Counted from the stretch's first letter, positions 1 to 10,700 are shown. The stretch is DNA of 64,000 bases from an uncultured Gemmatimonadales bacterium (GCA_963809895.1 CAWELD010000010.1:192001-256000); one strand, 5' to 3'. Numbers and translations: made by a program. Notes: generated by a model from the sequence alone, not told the origin.

Positions 1-235
1 CGCTCCGCTCACGCCCATTCCCGGTGCGGTGCCCGCGGCCACGGCCTGGCCGGAGGGGTGTCGCTTCCGGCCGCGCTGCCCTCACGCGTGGGAACGCTGC
101 GCCGTCGAGCCCCCGCCCCTGCTGGACGTCGCGAGCGACGACTCGTCGGGGCAGCGCGCTCGCTGCTGGCTGGTGGAGGAGCCCGCGCGCCGGGGCGAAC
201 ACCGTGGGGCGGAAGCAGGAGCTGGAGACGCGTGA
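1..235 (+). CDS. Oligopeptide/dipeptide ABC transporter ATP-binding protein, C-terminal fragment (5' truncated by window)
   Basis: Frame open from the window start: LTPIPGAVP...GCRFRPRC...C..EPPPL...RCWL, the OppD/DppD C-terminal Cys domain. Stop overlaps the next start (GTGA). Confidence 0.85.
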   Translation, partial: APLTPIPGAVPAATAWPEGCRFRPRCPHAWERCAVEPPPLLDVASDDSSGQRARCWLVEEPARRGEHRGAEAGAGDA

Positions 236-1239
236 ACGCCGCTCCCGCGCTCCTGGAGGTGGAAGGACTGCGCACCTGGTTTCCGGTGCGGCGGGGGGTG
301 CTCCGACGCGTACGGGGCTACGTCAGGGCGGTGGACGGCGTCTCCTTCACCCTTCACCGCGGCGAGACCCTGGGTCTGGTGGGCGAATCGGGGTGCGGGA
401 AGTCCACCACGGGTCGCAGCCTGGTGCGGCTGGTGGAGCCCACGGACGGGCGGATCGTCTTCGATGGAGAGGACGTGCGCGCCATGGATGACGAGGAGCT
501 CCGGAAGCTGCGCCGACGCGTGCAGATCGTCTTCCAGGACCCCTACGGCTCGTTGAACCCCCGTCTGACGGTGGGGGCCATGCTGGACGAGGTGCTGCGC
601 GTGCATCGGTTGCACGGAGGGGCCGTGGGCCGGCGGCGTCGCGTCGTCGAGCTCCTCGAGCAGGTGGGCCTCTCCCCGGGAGACCGGGAGCGGTATCCCC
701 ACGAGTTCAGCGGCGGCCAACGGCAGCGGCTGGGCATCGCGCGAGCCCTCGCCGTGGAGCCCGAGCTGATCGTGCTCGACGAGCCCGTATCGGCGCTGGA
801 CGTCTCCGTGCAGGCACAGGTCGTGAACCTCCTGACGGATCTTCAGAAACGGCTCGGGCTCACCTATCTCTTCATCGCTCACGACCTCGGGGTGATTCGC
901 CACGTCAGCGACCGGGTGGCGGTGATGTACCTGGGACGAGTCGTGGAGCGCGGCGCCGCCGAATTGGTCTACGAGGCCCCCGCGCATCCCTACACACGGG
1001 CCCTCCTGACGGCGCTGCCGGGGCGCGCTCCGGCGGGCGACGACAGGCGGCAAGCCGTGCTGCACGGAGAACTTGGAGGCATTGCCGATCCCGGCCCGGG
1101 CTGTCCCTTCTACCCGCGGTGTCCGCATCCTTCGAAGGACGCCGAGTGTCAGGCCGGGGTCCCTGCGCTCCATCGCGTGGAGAAAAGGCATTTGGCCGCA
1201 TGTGTAAAGGTCTCTTCCTACATCCGTACAGGGGGTTGA
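232..1239 (+). CDS. Oligopeptide/dipeptide ABC transporter ATP-binding protein (OppF/DppF-like)
   Basis: Walker A GESGCGKS, QDPYGSLNPR, signature FSGGQRQR, Walker B LDEP, H-loop IAHD, C-terminal GCPFYPRC. GTG start at 232. Confidence 0.93.
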   Translation: MNAAPALLEVEGLRTWFPVRRGVLRRVRGYVRAVDGVSFTLHRGETLGLVGESGCGKSTTGRSLVRLVEPTDGRIVFDGEDVRAMDDEELRKLRRRVQIVFQDPYGSLNPRLTVGAMLDEVLRVHRLHGGAVGRRRRVVELLEQVGLSPGDRERYPHEFSGGQRQRLGIARALAVEPELIVLDEPVSALDVSVQAQVVNLLTDLQKRLGLTYLFIAHDLGVIRHVSDRVAVMYLGRVVERGAAELVYEAPAHPYTRALLTALPGRAPAGDDRRQAVLHGELGGIADPGPGCPFYPRCPHPSKDAECQAGVPALHRVEKRHLAACVKVSSYIRTGG

Positions 1240-1265
1240 CACCGGTAGATGGGGAAGGTCATTAT
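1236..1265 (+). promoter_or_regulatory. Putative sigma70-type promoter for the ExbB/TolQ gene
   Basis: TTGACA (1236-1241), 18 nt, CATTAT (1260-1265), about 90 nt upstream of the start. Confidence 0.45.
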
Positions 1266-1354
1266 GGCGACTCGCCGCCAACCCTTGATGTCTACGGTCC
1301 TGCGAGACGGCAGGCCCGCACGCACACCTTGAAACACTCTGGCTGGAGGTCCTT

Positions 1355-2056
1355 TTGGTCGGTGTGATGCGTCTTTACGGAGCGCTGCTCCAGATTCCCG
1401 GGATGGAAGCCCCGGAACTCACGTTCAGTGAGCAGGTCGCGAAGCAGTGGAACGATACCGGCTTCATGCGCTGGCCCCTGGCTCTCTGCCTGGTCATCGG
1501 TATCATCGTCATCATCTGGAAGTTCTTCGACCTCACGGCCAAGAGCACCAAGACCCGCAAGATCCTCACGGAGGTCGACGAGCTCCTCAACCAGCACCGC
1601 ATTCGTGAGGCCATCGAGGTCACCCGGGATTCCAACGCCCCGGCGGCCAAGATCCTCTACGCCGGCCTCGAGCGTCACGACGAGGGCACCGAGCGTGTGA
1701 TGAAGGCCATCGAGAACCAGGGGCTCATCGAGCTGTCCAAGCTCGAAAAAGGCCTGGTGATCCTGGCCACCCTCACGAACATCGCGCCGCTGCTGGGCTT
1801 CCTGGGCACCGTGATCGGGATGATCCAGGCCTTCCAGTCCATCGAGCTCGCGGGTGAGGTGGAGGCGACCCTGGTCGCCGGAGGCATCAAGGTGGCCCTC
1901 CTCACCACGGCGGCAGGTCTGACCATCGCCATTCCGGTGAGCATTGGCCACAACTACTTCGTCTCCAGGATCGACAGCCTGGTCATCGACATGGAGGAGT
2001 CGGCGCAGAAGATGATCGACGCGCTCCATGCCATGCAGACGCATCAGAGCGGCTGA
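1355..2056 (+). CDS. MotA/TolQ/ExbB proton channel family protein
   Basis: APLLGFLGTVIGMIQAF and GGIKVALLTTAAGLTIAIP motifs. GGAGG precedes the TTG start. Confidence 0.92.
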   Translation: MVGVMRLYGALLQIPGMEAPELTFSEQVAKQWNDTGFMRWPLALCLVIGIIVIIWKFFDLTAKSTKTRKILTEVDELLNQHRIREAIEVTRDSNAPAAKILYAGLERHDEGTERVMKAIENQGLIELSKLEKGLVILATLTNIAPLLGFLGTVIGMIQAFQSIELAGEVEATLVAGGIKVALLTTAAGLTIAIPVSIGHNYFVSRIDSLVIDMEESAQKMIDALHAMQTHQSG

Positions 2057-2083
2057 TCCCGGACGCGACGACCAGATAGCCGA

Positions 2084-2116
2084 AAGGGGCTCCCCGCCGC
2101 CGCGGGGGGCCCCTTC
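2084..2116 (+). terminator. Putative intrinsic terminator hairpin
   Basis: aaggggctccccgc-cgcc-gcggggggcccctt just after the ExbB-like stop; U-tract weak. Confidence 0.55.
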
Positions 2117-2222
2117 GTCGTCCCGGTGCGCGGGCTCGTTCCTCGGCGAGCGGCGTGCCTCGGCGCACGAGACCCTCGCACCCCAGGGGGAATCGGGTGT
2201 AGGATGTAAACAGACGTTCCTC

Positions 2223-4603
2223 ATGGACTCCAGCCCGCGTCGCAGTCCCCCCATGCGTTGGTCCGCACGCTCCACCCGGCTACCCGTCGCACTCGCGCTG
2301 TCCGCGGCGCTGATGGCGCCCGCTCGTCCGCTGGTCGCCGCGCCCGCGGCCGGCGACTCCACCGCCGTTCTGGACTCGGCCAGAGCCGAGATGGCCGTGG
2401 GCCGGAACTGGCACGCCGCCGCGCTGCTGGCCCCGCTTCGCAAGGAGGGCGGGCTCGATCGCGCCGGCCTTGTCCTGCTGGCTCGCGCCGAAGCCGGATA
2501 CCGGAACTGGACGGGGGTGCGGACGGTGCTCGAGGAGGTGGCGGCCACGGGCGACCTCGACGGACCGACCTGGCAGCTCCTCGGTCGCGCGCGAGAGGCC
2601 GTGGACGCTCCCGGCCCCGCCGCCGAGGCCTATCGTCGTGCGCTGGCCGGCGGCCTGCCCACGGCCGAGGCCCGCGTCACCCGCCTGCGGCTGGCCCGCG
2701 TGCAGTGGTCGGCGGACCACAGAACGGAGGCCCTGGCGGTCCTGGACTCGGTCGAGGTCCCGGGGCCCCGGTCCTGGCTCGCGCTGGAGCTCCTGGCGCC
2801 GGCCATCGATCGCGGCGACACCGCCGTCGTGCGCACCCTGCTGTCGCGCATCACGGCGCCCACGCCCCTGGACCTCGCCTGGGACGCGACGGCCCGCTCC
2901 CGGTGGGAGGCCGGCGACAGCGTGGGCGCGGCCGAGGCGTATCGGGCGGTATTGGCGGGCTCGCCCACCGACGCCCGCAAGGCGCCGGCCTGGCGGGTGA
3001 TCGGAGAGGTGGCGCTCGCCGGAGGGGACAGCGCCGCGGCGCGCTCGGCCTTCGAGGAGGCGGTGGTGGCCTCACCGTACGGTCGCTCCGGGGGGATCGC
3101 GGCCCGCCATCTCGTCGACCTGGGCGGGCTCACCGCGTCCATGGCGTTGACGGCGGCGCGCTCCCTGGACCGGCTGGGAGACGGGGCCAGGGCCCTCAAG
3201 GCGTACGATCGCTACGTCGCGCGGTCCGAGGCCGCCGGAGAGGAGCCGGCGCCGGCGGCCCGGGTGGAGCGAGCGCGCATCATGGCCACGGTCCGCGACC
3301 GGCAGGAGGAGGCCATCGGCGAGTACCGGGAATTGTCCACGAGTCCAGACCCGGACGTCGGATCCCGGGCGCTGGTGCTGTGGGCCGGACTCCGCCGCCG
3401 GCAGGGACGCACCGGCGACGAGGCGACCATTCGGCGTTGGCTGGTGGAGCGCTACCCCAACACACCCGCCGCCGCCGACGTGGTCTTCTTCAGGGGAGAC
3501 GCGGCCCACGACCGCCAGGACCTGAGCAAGGCGCTCGAGGAGTACGGGCGAGTCGCCGAGATGGCGCCGGCGCTGGACCGGGCCGGGCTGGCCCGTATGC
3601 GCATGGGCATGATCCTCCTGGAGAAGGGAAGGGTCGCGGAGGCGGCGAAGGTCTACGAGGGATACCTGGCCGCCTTCCCGTCGGGGCGCCGGTGGGAGGA
3701 AGCGACCTACTGGGCCGCGCGCACGCGGCTTGGCGCTGGGCGATTCGGCCCAGGGGGCGACGTTTCTGAAGCGCCTTCAGGACGAGGAGCCGTTCTCCTA
3801 CTACGCCATGCTCACCGCGGACCTGCTGGATCGGCCCTTCGCGGTGGAAGGCCTGCCGGCCGGACCGGAGCCGGTGGATCCCGGACTGGCTGCCGGCCGC
3901 CCTGGACGAGCTCGACCTCCTCAGGGCGGCCGGACTGGATGCCGGCGCCTCGAATGCCGCGGACGCCATCGTGGCCCGCGGGCGACGGGAAGGGCACGCC
4001 GTGCTCATGACCGTGGCGGAGCACCTCATCGATCGTGGCCGCACCATGGAGGGGATCAACCTGGGGTGGGAGCTCCGGCGCGAGGGTGAGCCGTGGAGCC
4101 TCCGCCTACTGCGGGTCGTGTACCCGTTCCCGTACCGGGAGATGGTGACCCGCGAGGCCCGGGAGTGGGGTGTCGATCCGTACCTGCTGGCAGCGCTCAT
4201 CCGCCAGGAGTCGGCGTGGGTGCCGGACATCGTGTCCGCTGCCGGGGCCGTGGGCCTCATGCAGGTGATGCCCGCCACCGGCAAGGACCTGGCCCGCTCC
4301 ATCGGGCCGGCCGACTTCACCACGGAGAGCCTGGAGACGCCGGAGGTGAACCTGCACCTGGGTGCGCGCTTCCTGGTGGACGTCATCCAGCGCTACGGGC
4401 CGGACATGCCGCTCATCCTGTCGGCCTACAACGCGGGCCCCACCCGGGCGGAGCGCTGGAAGGGGTTCCCCGAGGCGGCCGATCCGCTGCGTCTCACCGA
4501 GCGCATTCCCTTCGCCGAGACCCGGGGCTACGTGAAGAACGTGACCCGCAACGCGCGGCTCTACCAGGCCCTCTATCAGGTGGACGAGCGGGTCGCGCGC
4601 TGA
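2223..4603 (+). CDS. Slt70-like lytic transglycosylase with TPR-like N-terminal region; two +1 frameshifts (~3730 and ~3890) as assembled
   Basis: Signal-like N-terminus and TPR-type helices in the 2028 frame; EEPFSYY in the 3730 frame; SLT motifs IRQES, GAVGLMQ, AYNAG, ETRGYV in the 3971 frame. Removing one base at each junction gives one continuous protein. Confidence 0.85.
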
Positions 4604-4768
4604 CGCCCGCGGCGACTCCGCCGAAGCGGTTGGCGTCGTCGATAACCGGGACGTCGCGTGGATCGTTTGAAAACATCTGTTTGACTTGCTGCCAGCGCGG
4701 TCGATTCTCTACCATGAATGCGGACCGGGCTCCGGTCCGAGTGTTCATCCGAAGAAGGAGGGAGCAGG

Positions 4769-4972
4769 ATGTCCAGAGGGACCGTGAAGTGGTTCAATGA
4801 CGCCAAGGGATACGGATTCATCCAAGCCCCGAACCAGAGCGACGACGTCTTCGTCCACTTCAGCGCGATCCTCGGGGACGGCTTCCGAACCCTCGCCGAA
4901 GGCGAGGAGGTAGAGTTCGAGGTCATGGAGACTGATCGAGGCCTACAGGCCGCGAACGTCATGCGGGCCTGA
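4769..4972 (+). CDS. Cold-shock protein (CspA family), 67 aa
   Basis: GTVKWFN, KGYGFI, DVFVHFS. RBS AAGGAGG upstream of the ATG. Confidence 0.96.
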   Translation: MSRGTVKWFNDAKGYGFIQAPNQSDDVFVHFSAILGDGFRTLAEGEEVEFEVMETDRGLQAANVMRA

Positions 4973-5001
4973 TCGGTCACACTCCCTCGCAGGCATCGAA
5001 G

Positions 5002-5039
5002 GCGCCTCGCGGCCAAGCGGTCGCGAGGCGCGTCTTCTT
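5002..5039 (+). terminator. Intrinsic terminator after the csp gene
   Basis: gcgcctcgcggcc-aagc-ggtcgcgaggcgc followed by gtcttctt. Confidence 0.65.
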
Positions 5040-5052
5040 ACACGAATCCCTT

Positions 5053-5357
5053 GCAGGTCGCTGAAGAAGGGGAGTACCCCGCGCGCACGGCGCTTTCGCG
5101 CGTTCAGCCAAGGAACGACGACGAGTCGTAGCAGCGCTACGGCGAGGAGGAGAGACGATGGATCGAACACGCGGAACCGCCATGCGCCCATCCGTATGTG
5201 GCCTATGAACTTGGACGGCAGTGGGTTGGGGCGGCACGGCCCCTCCTCCGTCGTTGAAGCTCCTCGACGTAGCTATGGCTATGCCTTCGTCACTTCGCCT
5301 AGGATGAGGGGCCGTGGCGCTCCCAACGCGGGGTGCTCTCCTTCTTCAGCGACCTGC
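5053..5357. mobile_element. Non-autonomous MITE/REP-like element with 31-bp terminal inverted repeats
   Basis: 5053-5083 gcaggtcgctgaagaaggggagtaccccgcg and 5327-5357 cgcggggtgctctccttcttcagcgacctgc are reverse complements (29/31). Two internal stem arms; no convincing ORF. Confidence 0.65.
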
Positions 5358-5363
5358 TAGACC

Positions 5364-8138
5364 GTGCAGATCCCCCCAAAGAAGCGTCCGCGCCTGTTCC
5401 TGGTCGACGCCTACGCCCTCATATACCGGTCCTTCTTCGCGTTCATCAACCGCCCCCTGGTGAACTCCCGGGGTGAGAACACCTCGGCGCCCTTCGGCTT
5501 CACCAACTTCCTGGAGCAGCTCAAGGCCGATTTCGAGCCGGACTACCTCGCCGTGGTCTTCGACGCCGGGGATTCCTTTCGCGAGGAGATGTACCCCGAA
5601 TACAAGGCCACTCGCGAGAAGATGCCCGACGAGCTCAGGGCGTCGCTGCCCCGGGTACGGGCCATCGTCGAGGCCTATCGCGATCCGGTCATCGAGCTCG
5701 AGGGCTACGAGGCCGACGACGTCATCGGAACGCTGGCGACCAAGGCCGAGAAGGCCGGCCTGGAGGCGGTCATCGTGTCCGGCGACAAGGACTTCTATCA
5801 GCTGGTGGACGCGCACGTCCACCTGCTGAATCCGGGACGCGGCGGTCCCAACGGTGTGGATGCGGAGTGGGTGGACACCCGCAACGCCGACGAGAAGTTC
5901 GGCATCCCCCCCGAGCGGGTGGTGGACTACCTCGCGCTCATCGGGGACTCCTCGGACAACGTGCCGGGGGCTCCCGGAATCGGGCCCAAGACGGCGGTGA
6001 AGCTCCTGGCCGAGTACGAGACGCTGGAGGAGCTGCTGGAGAAGGCCGCCGACCTGTCGGGCAAGCGGGCCCGGGAGGCCCTCACCGAGCACGCTGACGA
6101 CGTGCGGCTGTCTCGCCGGCTCGTGACCATCATGCGGGACCTGCCCCTGGAACTCGACCTGGAGCGGCTGCGCATGGCGGCCCCGGACCATGCCCGCCTG
6201 CGCGACCTGTTCCTGGATCTGGAGTTCCGCCGGCTGGCGGAGAAGTACACGCGGCTGGCGCTGGAGGCCGATGCGCTGGAGAGCGCTACGGCCGAAGAAG
6301 CGGCCTACCGCCTGCTCGCCGATGCGCCCGCCGTGGAGAAGTTCGTCACCCGCGCGCGAGAGAAGGGACGTGTCGCCGTGGACGCCGAGACCACCGACCT
6401 GGATCCCATGCGCGCGGACGTGGTGGGTCTGGCCATGGGCCTCGGTGGCGGCGACGCCGTCTATCTGCCCTTCGCCCACCGTCCCTCGTCCACCCCCACG
6501 CTGGACGCCACCGAAGAGGAGATCCCCAATCTGCCTCCGCTGGGGTCCGAGGCCATGGCTCCCCTGCGTGAGCTGCTGGCGGACCCGGCGGTGGAGAAGG
6601 TGGGCCACAATCTGAAGTACGACATGCTCGTGCTGGAACGGGCGGATACCGAGCTCGCAGGCCCGCTGTTCGACACGATGGTGGCATCGTACGTCCTGGA
6701 TCCGGGGCGGCGCTCGCACGGTCTGGACGAATTGGCCATGGAGATCCTGGCCCACAAGGCCACGGCCTACCACGAAGTGGCGGGCAAGGGCCGCAAGGAG
6801 ATCCCCTTCGCCGAGGTCCCGCTGGACGAGGCGCTGGACTACGCCGCCGAGGACGCCGACGTGGCGTGGAGGCTCTGGGAACGGTTCGCGCCCGAGATGG
6901 AGGAGCACTCCCTCACGCGGCTGTTCCGGGAGCTGGAGATGCCGCTGGTGCCGGTGCTGGCGGCCATGGAGCGGGAGGGGATCCGTATCGACGGAGACTT
7001 CTTCAAGGAGATGAGCACGAAGCTCAGGAAGGAGCTGCAGCTCATCCAGGACGAGATCTACAAGATCGCCGGCGGGGAATTCAACCTGAATTCGACGCCG
7101 CAGCTTCGCGAGGTCCTCTTCACGCGGCTGGAACTGCCGGTCGTGAAGCGCACCAAGACAGGCCCGTCCACCGATGCGTCGGTGCTGGAGGAGCTCGCCG
7201 CCGAGGGACATGCCGTGCCGCGGCTCATGCTGGAGTACCGGGAGCTGGAGAAGCTCAGGAACACCTACGTGGACGCGTTGCCGCGGCTGGTGAATCCCGA
7301 AACCGGGCGGATCCACACCAGCTTCAACCAGACCGTGGCGGCCACGGGACGGCTGTCGTCCAGTGAGCCGAACCTGCAGAACATCCCCATTCGCACGAGC
7401 CTCGGTCGGGAGATCCGCAAGGGTTTCGTGGCGGAGGAGGGACGGCTGCTCCTGGGCGTCGACTACTCGCAGATCGAGCTGCGAGTGCTGGCGCATTTCT
7501 CGGGGGATGCGCCGCTGGTGGACGCCTTCCGGCGGGGCGTCGACATTCACCGGCAGACCGCTGCGGTCATCTTCGACGTGTCGGTGGACGACGTCACGGC
7601 GGATCAGCGGGGGCGGGCGAAGACCATCAACTTCGCGACGCTCTACGGGCAGGGCGCCTTCTCCCTGGGGCGTCAGCTGGGGATTTCCCGCGACGAGGCC
7701 CAGGCCTTCATCGATCAGTACTTCGAGCGCTTCTCCGGCGTGCGGGCCTTTCTCGACGAACAGGTGGCCAAGGCGCGGGACCAGGGCTATGTGGAGACGC
7801 TTCTGGGCCGCCGTCGGTACATCCCGGAGCTCAAGTCGCGCAACTGGAACATCCGTCAGTTCGGGGAGCGGGTGGCGCAGAACACCCCCATCCAGGGCAC
7901 CGCAGCCGACCTCATCAAGCAGGCCATGCTCGACGTGGCCGCGGCCCTGCGCGAGCAGGAGCCCGAGGCCCGCATGCTCCTGCAGGTGCACGACGAGCTG
8001 CTCTTCGAGGTGCCGGAGGAGCGGATCGACCCCGTCAGGGAGCTCGTGGTGGAGCGCATGGAGTCGGCGCTGGAGCTCGAGGTGCCTCTGGTGGCGGAGT
8101 GGGGTGTCGGTCGGAGTTGGTACGACGCCAAGGCCTGA
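5364..8138 (+). CDS. polA: DNA polymerase I
   Basis: 5'-3' exonuclease (EADDVIGTL, SGDKD, GIGPKTA), 3'-5' exonuclease (DAETT, HNLKYD), polymerase motifs DYSQIELR, RAKTINF, QVHDEL. Confidence 0.98.
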   Translation: MQIPPKKRPRLFLVDAYALIYRSFFAFINRPLVNSRGENTSAPFGFTNFLEQLKADFEPDYLAVVFDAGDSFREEMYPEYKATREKMPDELRASLPRVRAIVEAYRDPVIELEGYEADDVIGTLATKAEKAGLEAVIVSGDKDFYQLVDAHVHLLNPGRGGPNGVDAEWVDTRNADEKFGIPPERVVDYLALIGDSSDNVPGAPGIGPKTAVKLLAEYETLEELLEKAADLSGKRAREALTEHADDVRLSRRLVTIMRDLPLELDLERLRMAAPDHARLRDLFLDLEFRRLAEKYTRLALEADALESATAEEAAYRLLADAPAVEKFVTRAREKGRVAVDAETTDLDPMRADVVGLAMGLGGGDAVYLPFAHRPSSTPTLDATEEEIPNLPPLGSEAMAPLRELLADPAVEKVGHNLKYDMLVLERADTELAGPLFDTMVASYVLDPGRRSHGLDELAMEILAHKATAYHEVAGKGRKEIPFAEVPLDEALDYAAEDADVAWRLWERFAPEMEEHSLTRLFRELEMPLVPVLAAMEREGIRIDGDFFKEMSTKLRKELQLIQDEIYKIAGGEFNLNSTPQLREVLFTRLELPVVKRTKTGPSTDASVLEELAAEGHAVPRLMLEYRELEKLRNTYVDALPRLVNPETGRIHTSFNQTVAATGRLSSSEPNLQNIPIRTSLGREIRKGFVAEEGRLLLGVDYSQIELRVLAHFSGDAPLVDAFRRGVDIHRQTAAVIFDVSVDDVTADQRGRAKTINFATLYGQGAFSLGRQLGISRDEAQAFIDQYFERFSGVRAFLDEQVAKARDQGYVETLLGRRRYIPELKSRNWNIRQFGERVAQNTPIQGTAADLIKQAMLDVAAALREQEPEARMLLQVHDELLFEVPEERIDPVRELVVERMESALELEVPLVAEWGVGRSWYDAKA

Positions 8139-8247
8139 CGAAGGCCCAGCGGCCCATGGGACCGCCCGGTTCGCCGGGCCATCATGCGGGTGTGTCGCCG
8201 GGGGAGTGCCCCGGTGGAGGACGCCCTCTTCTCAAGGAGATACCCGC

Positions 8248-8619
8248 ATGAGCCGGTCCGTGAACAAGATCATCCTCGTTGGCAACGTGGGTCGCGATCC
8301 CGACGTGAACCAGACGAAGAACGGGACCAAGGTGGCCCACATGTCGCTGGCGACCAACCGTCGAACGCAGGTCGGGGGCGACGAGTCGGAGCGCACCGAT
8401 TGGCATCGCCTGACCTGCTGGAACCGACTGGCGCAGTTCGCCGAGGACTACATCCACACGGGCGACCGTCTGTACGTGGAGGGGCGGCTGGAGTACGACA
8501 GCTACGACCGGGACGGCGTCACCATTCCCACCGCCGAGATCCACGTGCGCGAGGTGGTGCTCCTGTCCCGACGCGAAGAGCTCACGGAGGTGGCGGAAGA
8601 GGTCGCCGAGGTCGCCTGA
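8248..8619 (+). CDS. ssb: Single-stranded DNA-binding protein, short form (123 aa)
   Basis: SVNKIILVGNVGRDP...TDWHR..W..LA...G..LYVEGRL OB fold. RBS AAGGAG. Confidence 0.93.
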   Translation: MSRSVNKIILVGNVGRDPDVNQTKNGTKVAHMSLATNRRTQVGGDESERTDWHRLTCWNRLAQFAEDYIHTGDRLYVEGRLEYDSYDRDGVTIPTAEIHVREVVLLSRREELTEVAEEVAEVA

Positions 8620-8634
8620 TCCGACACCGGCGGG

Positions 8635-10700
8635 TCAGAGCCAGGGCTGGAAGCGGCGGCTCACGGAGAAGATCAGCTCCCAGTCGCCGTCGGGACCGAG
8701 GCCCCGGCCCACGTCCAGGCGGAGCACGTCCCAGAGCAGGTCCAGGCCCGCGCCCACACTGGCGCGCACGCCTGCGTCGCCGTCGCCGGTCCAGCCGACC
8801 GGCAGGTCCTGTCCGGCCGCCAGCGAGGCCTGGCCGGCGGCGGCGAAGACGTGGGCTGTGACCCAGGGCTGGCGGATGCTGTGGCCGACCGTGGCCGATG
8901 CCAGCCAGAAGCGGCGGCCGACCTGCTCGCGGTAGGGTTGGCCCGGGAGCGTGCCGCGACCGCCGAGCACGAAGAGCGCCTGGGGGGCGCACCGCTGTCG
9001 GCCATGCCACCCCGCAGCTCCACCTCGAGCTTCAGATCCCGGTAGGCCTGATCCCGGGTCCAGGCCAGGAGGGCCTGGCTGGAGGCCCAGGCTCGACCGT
9101 CCTGATGGGCGATGCGGGTGTCGAGGCGCGCGCGCCCGCCCAGGGGCAGGCCTGGCAGGTCCAACCCCAGGTCCAGGGCTTGTAGCCAGCCTTCTTCGAT
9201 GGGGCGCACCGGGCGTAGGTCGGTGCCGAGGTCACCGACGACCCGTGTCCCGGACGTGTGATGCTCCACCGCGAGTCCGAGATCGAGGCTCCGGCCCTCG
9301 GCGGGCCCCACGCGATGGTGGACACCGACTCCGCTGCTGAACCACGGGTCCAGGTAGTCGCGCCCGCCCAGGGTCGCCAGGGAGTTCAGGACTCCGCTGG
9401 CGCCCCGAACCGGACCCAGGTCGCGGAGGGCGTTGAGCTCGGCGCGCACGCTGCTGGCGGGGCGCTCCGCGCCGTCGTCCAGCTCCGCGCTCGCCGCTCC
9501 CTTCTCGCGGGCGAAGGCCCAGCCGCCGTGCACTCGCAGGCTCCATGTCGTGCGCGGGCGGAAGGACATGCCCATGCCGAGGAAGACCCCCTCCGCCCGG
9601 TCGTAGCGAATGCCCTCGGACACCGACGGCAGATAGAGCCGCAACCGTCTGAGTCCGCTCAAGGTGCGCTCGGCCGCAAGACGGCGGACCTTCTCCTGGA
9701 GCTCGTCCATGGAGGGCGTGGGGGCCAGCCCTTCCTCCTGCAGGTCCGACATCAGGGGGCGCTCGAAGGGAAAGGCGCGGCGCTCGGCCTCCGGCACCGC
9801 GCTCACCCCCCGGGTCTGGAACAGGCCGTCCGGGAGGTCGGGGTTGAACTCGTATCCGTGGATCTCGAACCGCCCGCGGATGATGCTCCCGGCCAGGAAA
9901 TCGAGTTGCGGAAGCTCGCGGCGGAGCTCGACCTCCTGGCGGTAGGGAAGCCAGTAGCGGTCCATCCACAGCCCGTTGTCCAGCGAGATCCGGATGTAGT
10001 CGAGGTAGGAGTCGACGTACGAGGCTGGCGTGAAGCTGAAGCTCATGCGGACGATGGCCGCCGTGGATTGGTCCAGATAGATGGACCCCACGAAGCCCGG
10101 GTGGTCCATGGCCTTGGGTCGGACCTGGATCTCGTAGACCCGCACCGGCTCCTTGCCCGAGGCGAACGAGATGGTGAGGGAGTCGGCGAGGCGGAAGTCG
10201 TAGGTGGCCTCGGAGCGGGGCGCGACGGGGTGCAGCACCGCCTCGACCTCGTCGCCGTCACCCAGGCGGATGAGATCGCCGAATTCGTCCTGGACCACGG
10301 TGAGGTGGTCCAGATGGTAGCGGATGTTGGTGGGGAGGACCTTCTCGTCGCGCAGTCCGACGATGCGCTGCTTGGTGTCGTTGGGGGCGCGCCAGAACAC
10401 CTGCAGCGCGATCTGATCCGCCTTGACCAGGGTGCGCTCGTCGCTGTCGGGGCGGTCCAGGAAGAAGTAGACGAAGCCACGGGCGTCGGCACGGTACGCC
10501 CGGAACGAGGAGTCCACGCTGGTGCTGTGTCGGGTCTGGCGCGCGCGCGCGACGAGGTCGAGCACCCGCGGCGTGTTCCAGTCGCCAGGCTCCTGTGCCC
10601 GGCCCGACGGGGCCAGGGCGGCCAGAAGCAGCAGCGCAAGCAGATGCGGGGACGGACGGACGGGCAAGGGCGGGTGCCGGAATGCAGAGAAGGAGTGCAC
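8635..10700 (-). CDS. Predicted exported/outer-membrane beta-barrel protein; frameshift at a G6 run (~8982-8987)
   Basis: Signal peptide (LLALLLLAALAPSGRA/QE), RYDRAEG motif, amphipathic beta strands. Adding one base in the run joins ORF 8673-10922 to ORF 8635-8970 (..PPQALFVLGGRGTLPG..SRRFQPWL). Confidence 0.7.

Noticed and set aside
5346..7991. 881-aa antisense ORF over polA (similar ones at 17438-19675, 28952-31219, 9258-11168)
   Set aside because: Shadow frames expected in high-GC coding DNA; no motifs, and fully overlapping well-supported genes.
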